Origin: Mobula hypostoma | Lineage: Eukaryota | Assembly (NCBI RefSeq): GCF_963921235.1 | Contig: NC_086101.1 | Span: 5,830,001-5,894,000 of the forward strand | DNA length: 64,000 bases | Direction of reading: 5' to 3' | In this document: positions 1-12,311 of the stretch, in pieces | How positions within the stretch are numbered: position 1 is the first letter of the stretch | Layout of the letters: each line of letters starts with the position of its first letter | Translations under genes and position numbers: made by a program | The notes under the pieces: model-generated | The model's database searches: none | What the model saw: only the letters and a program-made list of their open reading frames with translations | Told to the model about the DNA's origin: nothing

Positions 1-79
1 TAAGGATTATATGGGGCGGCACAACATCGAGGGCTGAAGGGCCTGTACTGTGCTGTAGTGTTCTATGGTTCTATGGTTC
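1..79 (+). mobile_element. 3' tail of CR1 LINE or CR1-tailed SINE
   Basis: gggctgaagggcctgtactgtgctgt followed by (ttctatgg)n, the same tail style as other CR1 ends here. Confidence 0.7.
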
Positions 80-400
80 ATTGTTTCTGTAACAATTTTG
101 TTTCACCAGTCAGTATTGTTAGCCCTGAGGTGAACCCATGAACCTGGAGGACCAATAGACCACTCTTACTCTGGCCTTTACCCTTTGACCTGTTTGTCAT
201 GGATGATCTGACCAAGAGTCAAAGCATAAAGCCCACATTCCAGCCAACAGAGTTCTTTGGGTGATTGAAGCACACAAGCCTCCAAACCCAATGGCAAGGT
301 TGTGGTCCTCTTGGGTGATAATGGGCTGGATAGACCGTCTATATCATAAGGAAATATATCAGGGCCAGATAATAAACTAGCCTCTCCTTTCATTTGACAG

Positions 401-634
401 GAACAGTCACACAACGTTCAGTCCCACATCACATCCCAGTTTGATGAACTGCGCCGGATTATCACCGAGAAAGAGCAGCGCGCACTCCGAGATCTCAGGG
501 AAGAAGAGGAGAGGATTCTAAATCCAATGGAGAAAAATCTTTGAGACATTCAAGAGAATTTAAATTCTATTCAGGAGGAAATCTCTAAGTTCCAGACACG
601 GATGGATCAGAAGGACAATGTGATATTCCTCATG
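401..634 (+). CDS. TRIM coiled-coil exon with premature stop
   Basis: tttcatttgacAG|GAACAG...CTCATG|GTGAGA. Reads EQSHNVQSHITSQFDELRRIITEKEQRALRDLREEEERILNPMEKNL*DIQENLNSIQEEISKFQTRMDQKDNVIFLM. Confidence 0.88.
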
Positions 635-1599
635 GTGAGAGATTTCAGTTTGTTTCTGTTAAAGTGCACAGTAACAAAATAATGTATGTTAAATCAGTGT
701 GGTATTTACATATACTGTCATTGTAAACTGATTTAAACTGGACAGATGTTTTCACTGTTCCGGACTGTTGTCGTTCCCCAAACCAGTCTCTCACAACAGC
801 TGTACATCACAGGACAATCTGCAACCTTCTCGGGAATGAGTTACTCTGATCAGAGCACTGAGCTGGTGATTGTTTCTGTGATTCCCACGTATAATATCCC
901 TGATACTCAGAGTAACAACCAGTTACAGTCACAGGCTGTGATTGTGTCTGGTGTGGTGGGTGTGAGGGTCTCTCTGTCGATCGGTGTGAACTGAGGTTGA
1001 ATTGCAGAATGTGACCCACACATCAGATTTACCATCTTTCTCTGTTTTGTATCAGGTTCATTGTTTTAGAGAATTTTGTACCATCTGGTTTGTTTTTCAG
1101 ATATATTCTTTTTCGGATTATATCCCATTTTCCATCATAGACAGGTCTTTCAGCCCTTCTTCTCCTGTCAATTTCCCTGCTTCACAAGCCTCCTCCCACA
1201 CCTTCACCACACAGAGCAACAGTGACCCCAACTCCATGGTCCCCCATGTGTTTATGCAGCTTCCCCATTACATTCAATCTCTGCTGTTCCACTTCAACCT
1301 CTCCTGTGGCAGTGAGTCCACGTTCTCTTCACCACATTTCTTGTGGCATTTATTAATGACCAACTGATGTTTTATCTTTGACTTTTGGTCTCTGCCCAAG
1401 CAGAAATATTTTCTCCACTGCCATCCCATCAAATCCATTCGGAATCTTAAACTCCTCCATCTGATCCTCCCTGACATCATATCCAGATGAAACTACACAA
1501 CCTGTCCAGTCTCTCCTGTAAGTTCCATCCTCTCAGTTATGGTATAATTTTCATAAACATTCCTTGTACTTTCTCCCATGGTTCTCTGTCCCTCTTTCA

Positions 1600-2020
1600 T
1601 GCCTTATGAAAACAGGTTGAGTGAACTGGCCTTTTCTCCTCGGAGTAACGGAGAATGAGAGGTGATCTGATAGAGGTGTATAAGATGATGAGAGGCATTG
1701 ATTGTGTGGATAGTCAGAGGCTTTTTCCCAGGGCTGAAATGGCTGCCACAAGAGGGCACAGGTCTTGGGAGTAGGTACAGAGGAGATGTCAGGGGTAGGT
1801 TTTTTTTTTACACAGAGGGTGGTGAGTGCTTTGAATGGGCTGCCGGCAATGCTGGTGGAGGCGGATACGATAGGGTCTTTTAAGAGACTTTTGGATAGGT
1901 ACACGGAGCTTAGAAAAATAGAGGGCAATGGGTAACCCTAGTAATTTCTAAAGTAGGGACAATTTCGGCACAACATTGTGGGCCGAAGGGCCTGTATTGT
2001 GCTGTAGGTTTTCTATGTTT
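1600..2020 (+). mobile_element. CR1 LINE 3' fragment
   Basis: Decayed RMRGDLIEVYK and FFTQRVV motifs followed by a ttctatg tail. Confidence 0.85.
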
Positions 2021-2151
2021 CCTTCTCCATGTGTGTCAGTGGGAGTAAGTGGGAATTTTCAGCAGTTTGTAATAACTTGTCTCAGATTCCTGCTGCTCGG
2101 ATGCCAGCAGCAAGTCTCAGTCAATTGAGATCTGTGTTTTATTTATTTCAG

Positions 2152-2174
2152 GAGGAAACTCGTCGGAAGAGGAG
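2152..2174 (+). CDS. 23-bp TRIM micro-exon (EETRRKR)
   Basis: ttttatttatttcAG|GAGGAAACTCGTCGGAAGAGGAG|GTAGGA. A 23-nt phase 0/2 exon is characteristic of PRY-SPRY TRIM genes. Confidence 0.85.
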
Positions 2175-2270
2175 GTAGGACATGGTCTATACTGAAATTC
2201 TGGATGGATTTGTAAAATAGTTCAAATATCACTGATGCTCAGTTTATAACCAGATGTATCATATTTACAG

Positions 2271-2389
2271 GATCAGTAATGAACTCCAGACCTTGTCAGT
2301 GACAGATGGTGCTCTACTGGTTGAAAAGTTCGCTCATCCTTATCTGCTCGACATAGCGTCGGAAGAAGTGTTTGACAGCATTAAGCGAG
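2271..2389 (+). CDS. TRIM linker exon (119 bp)
   Basis: tttacAG|GATCAGT...AAGCGAG|GTAAAA. Reads (R)ISNELQTLSVTDGALLVEKFAHPYLLDIASEEVFDSIKR, phase 2 in, phase 1 out. Confidence 0.85.
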
Positions 2390-2487
2390 GTAAAACATAC
2401 AGATTCATTTGTCCTTGTTTATGAGACACAATTAAGTTATAATTCGACACAAATCATGGCTGTAATAATAGGGCTGAAGGGAAACTA

Positions 2488-3826
2488 GAGACAATAAGAC
2501 ATAGGAGCAGAATTGGTCTATCTGGCCCATCTTTGAACCCTCTCCAATGCCATCACATCTTTTCTCAGATCAGGAGCCCAAAACTGTTCACAATACTCAA
2601 GGTGAAGCTTCACCAGTACCTTATAAAGCCTCAGCAACACATCCCTGCTCTTGTATTCTAGATCTCTTGAATTGAATGCTAACATTGCATTTGCCTTCCT
2701 CACCACCGACTCTACCAGCAAGTTAACCTTTAGGTTGTTCTGCACAAGGACTCCCAAGTCTCATTGCGTCTCAGATTTTTGGATTTTCTCCCCATTTAGA
2801 ATACAGTCTGCAGATTTATTTCTACCAAAATGCATGACCGTGCATTTTCCAACACTGTATTTCATTTGCTCCTTTCTTGTCCATTCTCCTAATCTGTCTA
2901 AGTCCTTCTGCAGCCTACCTATTTCCTCAACACTGCCTTCCCCTCCACCAGTCTTCGTATCACCTGCCAACTTGGCAACAAAACCATCTATTCCATCATC
3001 CAAATCATTGATATACAGCATAAAAAGAAGTGGTCCCAACATCGACCCCTGCAGAACACCACTAGTCACTGGCAGCCAACTAGAAAATGATCCTTTTATT
3101 CCCAGTTGCTGCCTCCTACCAATCAGCCAACTCTCTAAATATGTCAGTAACTTTCCTGTAATACCATGGGGTCTTAACCTACAGCACAATACAGACCCTT
3201 CAGCCCACAAAGCTGTGTGGAACATATACTTACCTTAGAAATTATGTCATTCTTTACCAGCAGAGCCACGCCACCCCCTCTGCCTATCTTCCTATCCCTC
3301 CGATACAACATGTAACCTTGGACATTCATCTCCCAACTACAACTATCCTTCAGCCACGATTCAGTGATGGCCACAGCATCATACCCAACAATCTGCAATA
3401 GTGCAACAAGATCATCCACCTTATTTCTTACCCTTTGTGCATTGAGATATAACTCGTGAGTACTGTATTTGCTACCCTTTTTGATCCAAGCGTTCCTAAT
3501 GTACTGATACTCACCCTGTTGGCTGACACTATGTCCCGTCACCTGCCTGCCCTTCCTGACAGTCTGACTGTCGGCTCTCTTTGTTTTTTAACCGTACTTC
3601 CTATTCTGTTCCTTCACTCTGGTTCCCACCTCCTGCCAAATTAGTTTAAACCCTCCCCAACAGCTCTAACAAATCTGCCCGCGAGAATATTGCTCTCCTC
3701 GGTTCCAGGTGCAACCTGTCACTTTTGAACAGGTCATATCTCCCCCAGAAGAGATCCCAATGATCCAAGAACCTGAAGCCGTGTCCCTGCACCAGCTTCT
3801 CAGCCACGCATTAATTTGTCAAATCA
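2488..3826 (-). mobile_element. Degenerate CR1 LINE (RT, endonuclease and ORF1 pieces); resumes at 8500-8805
   Basis: SGVLQGSMLGPLLF and YLNAQRVRNKVDDL...AITESWL peptides. ORF1 esterase is interrupted at 3826 and continues at 8500. Confidence 0.85.
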
Positions 3827-6625
3827 CAAACAAGAGAAAATCTGCAGATGCTGGAAATCCGAGCAACACAAACAAAATGCTAGAGGAACTTAGCAGGCCA
3901 GGCAAAATCTATGGAAAAAAGTACAGTCGCCGTGTTGGTCTGAAATCCTTCGGCAGGACTGGAGGAAAAGTGCTGATGAGTAGATTTGAAAGGTGGCTGG
4001 AGGAGGGAGGGAAACGCCAGGACATAGGTGAAACTCGGAGCAGGAGGGATGCAGCAAAGTGCTGGGAAGTTGATTGGAGAAAGAGACAGAGGGCCATGGA
4101 AGAAAGAAGATGAAGGAGGGTGGGGAGGAGCACCAGAGGGAGGCGATGGGCGGGCAAGGAGATAACATGAGAGAGGGAAAGGGGATGGGAAATGGTGAAG
4201 TGGTGGAGATGGAGGCATTACCGGAAGTTTGAGAAATCGATGTTCATGCCATCAGGTTGGAGGCTGCACAGATGGAATATAAGGTGTTTTTCCTCCGACA
4301 TAAGTGCGGCCTCATCATTATGGTGGCGGAGGCCATGGAGGGACATTTGGGAACGGGAACTGGAAGTAAAATGGGTGGCCACTGGGAGATCCTGCTTTTT
4401 CCGGCAGATGGAGCATAGATGCTCCGTGAAGCAGTCTCCCAATCTACGTCAGGTCTCACCGACATACAAGAGGCCACACCGGGAGCACCGAACACAGCAT
4501 ATGACCGTAACAGACTCACAGGTGTATTGTCACCTCACCTGGAAGGACTGTTTGGGGCCCTGAATGTAAGTGAGGGAGGAGGTGTAGGGGTGGGTGAAGC
4601 ACCTTTCTGCTTGCAAGGATAAGTGTCAGGAGGGAGATCTGTGGGGAGGGACGGATGGACAGGGATAAGTGTCAGGAGGGAGATCAGTGGGGAGGGACGG
4701 ATGGACAGGGATAAGTGTCAGGAGGGAGATCAGTGGGGAGGGACGGATGGACAGGGATAAGTGTCAGGAGGGAGATCTGTGGGGAGGGACGGATGGACAG
4801 GGTTAAGTGTCAGGAGGGAGATCTGTGGGGAGGGACGGATGGACAGGGATAAGTGTCAGGAGGGAGATCAGTGGGGAGGGATGGATGGACAAGGATAAGT
4901 GTCAGGAGGGAGATCAGTGGGGAGGGATGGATGGACAAGGATAAGTGTCAGGAGGAAGATCAGTGGGGAGGGACGGATGGACAAGGATAAGTGTAAGGAG
5001 GGAGATCAGTGGGGAGGGACGGATGGACAAGGATAAGTGTTAGGAGGGAGATCAGTGGGGAGGGACGGATGGACAAGGATAAGTGTCAGGAGGGAGATCA
5101 GTGGGGAGGGAGGGATGAACAAGGATAAGTGTCAGGAGGGAGATCAGTGGGGAGGGACGGATGGACAGGGATAAGTGTCAGGAGGGAGATCTGTGGGGAG
5201 GGACGGATGGACAGGGTTAAGTGTCAGGAGGGAGATCTGTGGGGAGGGACGGATGGACAGGGATAAGTGTCAGGAGGGAGATCAGTGGGGAGGGATGGAT
5301 GGACAAGGATAAGTGTCAGGAGGGAGATCAGTGGGGAGGGACGGATGGACAAGGATAAGTGTCAGGAGGAAGATCAGTGGGGAGGGACGGATGGACAAGG
5401 ATAAGTGTAAGGAGGGAGATCAGTGGGGAGGGACGGATGGACAAGGATAAGTGTTAGGAGGGAGATCAGTGGGGAGGGACGGATGGACAAGGATAAGTGT
5501 CAGGAGGGAGATCAGTGGGGAGGGAGGGATGAACAAGGATAAGTGTCAGGAGGGAGATCAGTGGGGAGGGACGGATGGACAAGGATAAGTGTAAGGAGGG
5601 AGATCAGTGGGGAGGGACGGATGGACAAGGATAAGTGTCAGGAGGGAGATCAGTGGGGAGGGACAGATGGGCAAGGATAAGTGTAAGGAGGGAGATCAGT
5701 GGGAAGGGATGGATGGACAGGGATAAGTGTCAGGAGGGAGATCAGTGGGGAGGGATGGATGGACAAGGATAAGTGTCAGGAGGGAGATCAGTGGGGAAGG
5801 ACAGATGGGCAAGGATAAGTGTAAGGAGGGAGATCAGTGGGAAGGGACGGATGGACAAGGATAAGTGTCAGGAGGGAGATCAGTGGGGAGGGACAGATGG
5901 ACAAGGATAAGTGTCAGGAGGGAGATCAGTGGGGAGGGACGGATGGACAAGGATGTGTCAGGAGGGAGATCAGTGGGGAGGGACAGATGGGCAAGGATAA
6001 GTGTAAGGAGGGAGATCAGTGGGAAGGGATGGATGGACAAGGATAAGTGTCAGGAGGGAGATCAGTGGGGAGGGACAGATGGGCAAGGATAAGTGTAAGG
6101 AGGGAGATCAGTGGGAAGGGATGGATGGACAGGGATAAGTGTCAGGAGGGAGATCAGTGGGGAGGGATGGATGGACAAGGATAAGTGTCAGGAGGGAGAT
6201 CAGTGGGGAAGGACGGATGGAGAAGGATAAGTGTCAGGAGGGAGATCAGTGGGGAAGGACGGATGGACAAGGATAAGTGTCAGGAGGGAGATCAGTGGGG
6301 AGGGACGGATGGAGAAGGATAAGTGTCAGGAGGGAGATCAGTGGGGAGAGATGGATGGACAAGGGAGTTGCGGAGGGCATGATCCTTGCAGAAAGCAGAA
6401 ATGGGGTGGGGAGGGGGAAGATGTGTTTGGAGGTGGGATCCCGTCGGAGGTGGCGGAAGTTTCAGAGAATTACGTGCTGGACATGGATGCTAATGGGGTG
6501 GTAGGTGAGGACAAGAGGAACCCTATCACTGGTAGCGTGGCGGGAGGATGGGGTAAGAGCAGACGTGTGTGAAATGGAAGAGACGCGGTTGAGGGTAGCG
6601 TTGATGATGGAGGAAGGGAACTGAT
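3827..6625 (-). mobile_element. Penelope-like element, left (minus) arm with GIY-YIG remnant and pseudo-LTR
   Basis: DLPVATHF...LQPDGMNIDFSNFR and RVPLVLTYHP peptides match the PLE at 17444-19061. Hammerhead-like motif at 3925-3960. Confidence 0.88.
4617..6362. repeat. 46-bp G-rich minisatellite, ~38 copies
   Basis: Unit GGATAAGTGTCAGGAGGGAGATCAGTGGGGAGGGACGGATGGACAA; the first two units start at 4617 and 4663. Confidence 0.97.
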
Positions 6626-6626
6626 G

Positions 6627-8499
6627 TCTATTATAAACCAATAGACTCTCACAGCCCACATCACGCACTTCCCGTTTCTACCTCCTACACCAAATCCACA
6701 AACCTGCTTGTCCAGGTCGACCCATTGTTTCAGCTTGTTCCTGCCCCACTAAACTCATAACTGCATTTCTAGACTCTTGTTTTATCTCCCGTGGTTCAGT
6801 CCCTTCCCATCTATATCTGTGACTCCACACACACTCTTGATCTTTCAGATTCCCTGGCCCCCGTCATCTTATTTTTACCGCGGATGTCCAGCCCTTATAC
6901 ACCTCCATCCCCCACCAGGAAGGCCTCAAAGCTCTCTGTTCCTTTCTGGATACCAATCCCTACCATGGATGGACATATCCATTCCCCTCTACCACCACTC
7001 TCCTCCGCCAAGCAGAACATCTCACTCTAAATAACTTCTCCTCTGGGTCCTCCCACTTCCTTCAAACAAAAGGGATAGCCATGGGCACTCACATGGGTCC
7101 CAGCCATGCCTGCCTGTTTATTGGTGACCTGGAACAGTTTATGTTGCAATCCTACACTGGTGACCGCCCCGCACTTTTCCTACACTATATCAACAACTGG
7201 TATCGGTGCTGCTTTCTGTGTCCGTGCTGAACTTGTCGATTTCATCCACTTTGCCTCCAACTTCCACCCTGTCCTCAAATTCACCTGGTCCATTTCCAAC
7301 ACTTCCTTTCCCTTTCTTGCCCTCACTGTCTCTGTCTTCGGAGACAGCTTATCTACCGATGTCTATTATAAATCAATGGACTCTCACAACGACCTGGACT
7401 ATACCTCATCCCACCCTGCTACTTTTAAAAACGCCATCTCCTTCTCTCAATTCCTCTGTGTCTGCCGCATCTTCTCTTAGGATGAGGCTTCTCATTCCAG
7501 AATGAAGGAGATGTCCTCCTTTTCTGAAGAAAGGGGCTTTCCTTCCTCCACCATCAATGCTGCCCTCAATCTCTTCCATTTCACACATGTCTGCTCTTAC
7601 CCCATCCTCCAGACACGCTACGAGTGATAGGGTTCTTCTTGTCGTCACCTACCACCCTACCAGCCTCCGCGTCCAGCACATAATTTTCCACAACTTCCGC
7701 CATGTTCTACTGGATCTGCCAGCAAACACATCTTTCTGTCCCCCGCCTTGCACTTTCTGCTTTCCACAGGGATCGCTCCCTACATGATTCCCTTGTCCAT
7801 TCGCCCCTCCCCACTGGTTTCGTTCCTGGCTCCTATACTTGCAAGCAGAACAAGTGCTACACCTGCCCCTACACCTCCTCCCTCACTGCCATTCAGGGCC
7901 CCAAACAATCCTTCTAGGTGAGGTGACACTCCAGGTGACTGGAGACCACTTCTCTGAGCATCAACAATTGTCTGCCAGAACAAGCGTGATCTCCCAGTGC
8001 CACCCACTTTAATTCCATTTCCCATTCTGATATGTCTGTCCATGGCCTCCTCCACTGTCGAGATAAGGCCACACTTATGTCAGAAGAGCAACAACTTATA
8101 TTCCATTTGGGTAGCCTCCAACCTGATGGCATGGACATCGATTTCTCAAACTTCCAGTAATGCCTCCACTCTCCACTCTTCACCATTTCCCATCCCTTTT
8201 CCCTCTCTCGTGGTATCTACTTGCTTGCCCATCGGCTCCCTCTGGGGCTCTCCCCCTCAACCCCCAGCCATCTTTCTTCCATGGCCTTCTGTCTCTTTCA
8301 CCAATCAACTTCCCAGCTCTTTGCTTCATCCCTCTCCTGCCGAGTTTCACCTATCCCCTGGTGTTTCTCTCTCTCCTTCCCGTATCTTCCAAATCTACTC
8401 CTCAGCTTTTTTTCCTCCAGTCCTGCTGAAGGGGTTTGGCCTGAAACATTGACTGTATTTTTTTGCATAGGTGCTGCCTGGTCTGCTGAGTTCCTCCAG
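6627..8499 (+). mobile_element. Penelope-like element, right (plus) arm, decayed RT to pseudo-LTR
   Basis: FYLLHQIHKPACPGRPIVS-like RT start, then YYKSMDSHNDLDYTSSHP and CKQNKCYTC. Hammerhead-like motif at 8419-8454. Confidence 0.88.
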
Positions 8500-8805
8500 A
8501 ATTTGCCAAGTCATCCTGTTTCTATACTCACTGGTGCGTGGCAGAGGCAGCAATCGGAAAATTACTTCCTGGGAGCTCCTGCTTCTCAGCTTTCTTCCTG
8601 GCTCTCTACATTCTCCCTTCAGGACCTCTTTGCTCTGCGCTAACTGCCTATTCACATTTCCATTTCTCCTGACAATCTCCCAGCTACTCGCCTCCTGCAG
8701 CTTCGGGGTGACAACTTCCTTGTAACTCTGATCAATTATCTCCTCACTCTCCTCTACAACCCAAAGGTCATCCAGCTGCTGGTCCAGATCCCTAACATCC
8801 CCAAG

Positions 8806-9412
8806 GATGAGAGTTATTGTGCAGAACACCCTCAAGGTTGACTTGCAGGTTGAGTTGGTGGTGAGGAAGGCAAATGTAATGTTAGCATTCATTTCAAAAG
8901 GTCTAGAATACAAGAGCAGGGATGTGATGCTGAGGATTTCTAAGGCACTGGTGAGACCTCACCTTGAGTATTGTGAACAGTTTTGGGCCCCTCATCTTAG
9001 AAAAGTTGTGTTGGTATTGGAGAGGGTCCAGAGGAGGTTCGCATGAATGATTCCGGGAATGAAAGGGTTATGACACAAGTAACGTTTGATGGCTTTGTGT
9101 CTGTACTCGCTGGAATTCAGAACGATGAGGGTGGATCTCATTGAAACCTTTCGAATGTTGAAAGGCCTAGACAGAGAAGATGTGGAACAGATGTTTCCCA
9201 TAGTGGGAGAGTTTAAGACAAGAGGGCACAGCCTCACTGTAGAGGTGTGCCCTTTCAAAACACAAATGAGGAGAAATTTCTTTCACCAAAGGGTGGTGAA
9301 TTTGTGGAATTTGTTGCCACATGCAGTTGTGGACACCAGGTCGTTGGGTGTATTTAAGGCAGAGATTGATAGGTTCTTGATTGGACATGGCATCAAAGGT
9401 TACGGAGAGAAG
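8806..9412 (+). mobile_element. CR1 LINE 3' ORF2 fragment; tail resumes at ~11155-11228
   Basis: ALVRPHLEYCEQFWAP and RNFFHQRVVNLWN peptides. Confidence 0.85.
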
Positions 9413-10306
9413 AAACCATAGAAACCATAGAAACTACAGCACAGAAACAGGCCTTTTGGCCCTTCTTGGCTGTGCCGAACCATTTTCTGCCTAGTCCCAC
9501 TGACTTGCACATGGACCATATCCCTCCATAAACCTCCAATCCATGTATCTGTCCAATTTATTCTTAAATGTTAAGAAAAGAACCCGCATTTACCATCTCG
9601 TCTGGCAGCTCATTCCATTCTCCCACCACTCTCTGTGTGAAGAAGCCCCCCCTAATGTTCCCTTTAAACTTCTCCCCCTTCATCCTTAACCCATGTCCTC
9701 TGGTTTTTTTCTCCCCTTGCCTCAGTGGAAAAAGCCTGCTTGCATTCACTCTATCTATACCCATCATAATTTTATATACCTCTATCAAATCTCCCCTCAT
9801 TCTTCTACGCTCCAGGGAATAAAGTCCTAACCTATTCAACCTTTCTCTGTAACTGAGTTTCTCAAGTCCCAGCAACATCCTTGTAAACCTTCTCTGCACT
9901 CTTTCAACCTTATTTATATCCTTCCTGTAATTTGATGACCAAAACTGAACACAATACTCCAGATTCGGCCTCACTAAAGCCTTATACAACCTCATCATAA
10001 CATTCCAGCTTTTATACTCAATACTTTGATTAATAAAGGCCAATGTACCAAAAGCTCTCTTTACGACCCTATCGACCTGTGACGCTACTTTTAGGGAATT
10101 TTGTATCTGTATTCCCAGATCCCTCTGTTCTACTGCACTCCTCAGTGCCTTACCAGTTACCCTGTCTGTTCTACCTTGGTTTGTCCTTCCAACGTGCAAT
10201 ACCTCACACTTGTCAGTATTAAACTCTATCTGCCATTTTTCAGCCCATTTTTCCAGCTGGTCCAAGTCCCTCTGCAGGCTCTGAAAACCTACCTCACTGT
10301 CTACTA
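9413..10306 (-). mobile_element. CR1 LINE, 5'-truncated
   Basis: ORF 9564-10364 has LQRDLDQLEKWAEKWQIEFN and LVRPNLEYCVQFW. (catagaaac)n tail at 9413-9434. Confidence 0.9.
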
Positions 10307-10890
10307 CAGCGGTCCCCAACCACCGGGCCGCAGAGCGTGCACTACCGGGCCGCGAGGAAGCCATATGATTTGGTCAGCTGCACTATTCCTCATTCCCTGT
10401 CACGGCCACTAATCAGCCATTACGTATGCGAGGTCATGACCTGCGCGTCATCCGTGTCAGGGCGGGAAGGCGATCAACTCCTCGAGCTTGCAAATGACGA
10501 CGGGCTGAAAAGTATGTTTGACATAACATCTCTGTCGGCATTTTGGATCAAAGTCAAGGCTAAATATCCTGAGAAAGCCACGAAAGCACTGAAAACGTTG
10601 CTTTCATTTCCAACATTTTTCTGCTAAGCAGAGTTTTCTGCAATGAATGCAACGAAAACTAAATTGTGAAATAGACTGGACATAAGGAACCCCCTTCGAG
10701 TATCGCTGTCTCCCATCACCCCTCGACGGGACCGTCATGTTGCAGGGAAACAATCCCAGGGCTCCCACTGATTCACCGATATTGGTGTGTTGCAATGATT
10801 TTATATGTTCATACGGGGAAAATATGCGCTGTGCGTTTAATATCCAATTATTACTTAAAATGTTATGATGCTATTGACTTATAAGTGACC
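10307..10890 (+). mobile_element. hAT (Charlie/Buster-type) DNA transposon remnant
   Basis: Left TIR CAGCGGTCCCCAAC preceded by gtcTActa. Decayed C-terminal dimerisation domain DQLLELAND...FWIKVKAKYP...KALKTLLSFPT ending in GKQSQGSH*. Right TIR not found. Confidence 0.8.
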
Positions 10891-11152
10891 TATATAACCA
10901 TATAACAATTACAGCACGGAAACAGGCCATCTCGGCCCTTCTAGTCCGTGCCGAATGCTACTCTCACCTAGTCCCACCGACCTGCACTCAGCCCATAACC
11001 CTCCATTCCTTTACTGTCCATATACCTATCCAATTTAACTTTAAATGACAATATTGAATCTGTCTCAACCACTTCTGCTGGAAGCTCGTTCCACACAGCT
11101 ACCACTCTCTGAGTAAAGAAGTTCCCCCTCATGTTACCCCTAAACTTTTGTC
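10891..11152 (-). mobile_element. CR1 3' end fragment
   Basis: GNFFTQRVVAVWNELP peptide and tail shared with 45437-45750 and 49225-49503. Confidence 0.85.
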
Positions 11153-11689
11153 CTCTGATTCTCATTGAATGGTGGAGCAGACTCGATGGGCCAGATGGCC
11201 TCATTCTGATTCTATGTCTTATGGTCTTGTGCTCCAATATGGTCTTCAGGGAGTTGGAGCCAGATGCACTTCACACAGATGGTGTTCACTGGGAGACTCT
11301 GGGTCTCCCACGACTCCAGCATCTGGCATTGGGTCATTGGAATTGAAGTTTATTCTGGCACCAACTCTACCTGTTGGGAAGCATCACTGTCACGTGGTCA
11401 GCTGGAGATGTCAAATCCCTGAACAGACCGACACAGGGGCAACATACAACCAATACACGGCACTGTTATGTGAACCACTGCATCCTGATCCCATTCACAC
11501 TGGACAAATACGCCAATGCATGAGTTTGAATCCCAACACAGTAGCTCTGGAATTAACATTCAATGAATGACATTAAAGGGGATAAAATCTGGTATCACTG
11601 TAGTGACAGGGATTGTCAGAAAAATACACCAGTCCTTCGTGCCACTCACCCTGTCTGACCTGTCCGTGACCGCAGTCTGATTGACTCAG

Positions 11690-11707
11690 CTCTGCCCCCT
11701 GCTGGAC
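11690..11707 (-). promoter_or_regulatory. CTCF consensus core
   Basis: Minus strand CCAGCAGGGGGCAG (11692-11705) fits CCASYAGRKGGCRS. AP-1-like TGACTCA adjacent at 11682-11688. Confidence 0.55.
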
Positions 11708-11810
11708 TCGCGAGTCTCACTGTTGTTATCAAACCAGCACATTGACGCATTGTCAGACTGAGCCCGGACACACCGATCAGCATTGACCTCGGTGAATGAT
11801 GGGAGAGGAT

Positions 11811-11971
11811 CATGTAACCAGCCTGGCAAATCTCCCTCATGTAACCAGCCTGGCAAATCTCCCTCACACACATGCACAAGGACGATTGATGGATTGTAGT
11901 CAGAGCCTCAGCATTGCACAGCATTACACACACACACTCACACACTCACACACACACACACACACACACAC
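11811..11971. repeat. 27-bp tandem duplication and (CA)n microsatellite
   Basis: CATGTAACCAGCCTGGCAAATCTCCCT x2 (11811-11864); CA run at ~11926-11971. Confidence 0.92.
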
Positions 11972-12311
11972 AAAACAACAGTGATAAATACCCAGACGCA
12001 CCAGCAGACTGGGACACATTTAAGAATGAAATCTGACACCTTTATCCAATCTGCCTGTTTTTGTGGCACTGAACTGCCCTCTGGACTGACGTCACACCAA
12101 CAGTTCACAGACAGACTCCAGGGTGAGATTCCTCAGGAGGATGATCTGGGAAGGGGTTTAGTAGATGTTGAACCCATGGCCCAACTCATCCATCAGGGCT
12201 AGGGTGTTTTCTTGAGTAAGTCCCATTTCCGTGTGTTTGTCCCATATCCCTCTAACCATTTCCTATCCGTGTACCTGTCTAAATTTATTTGAAAATATTT
12301 TAATTATACTA

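Noticed and set aside
117..312. Possible RTE-type 5' UTR fragment, with a possible RTE-like 3' end at ~53205-53335
   Set aside because: Resemblance is from memory only and too degenerate to support without a library search.
4617..6362. CRISPR-like array or repeat-protein ORFs
   Set aside because: Units are contiguous with no unique spacers, the context is eukaryotic, and the 46-bp unit is not a codon multiple, so the ORFs are incidental.
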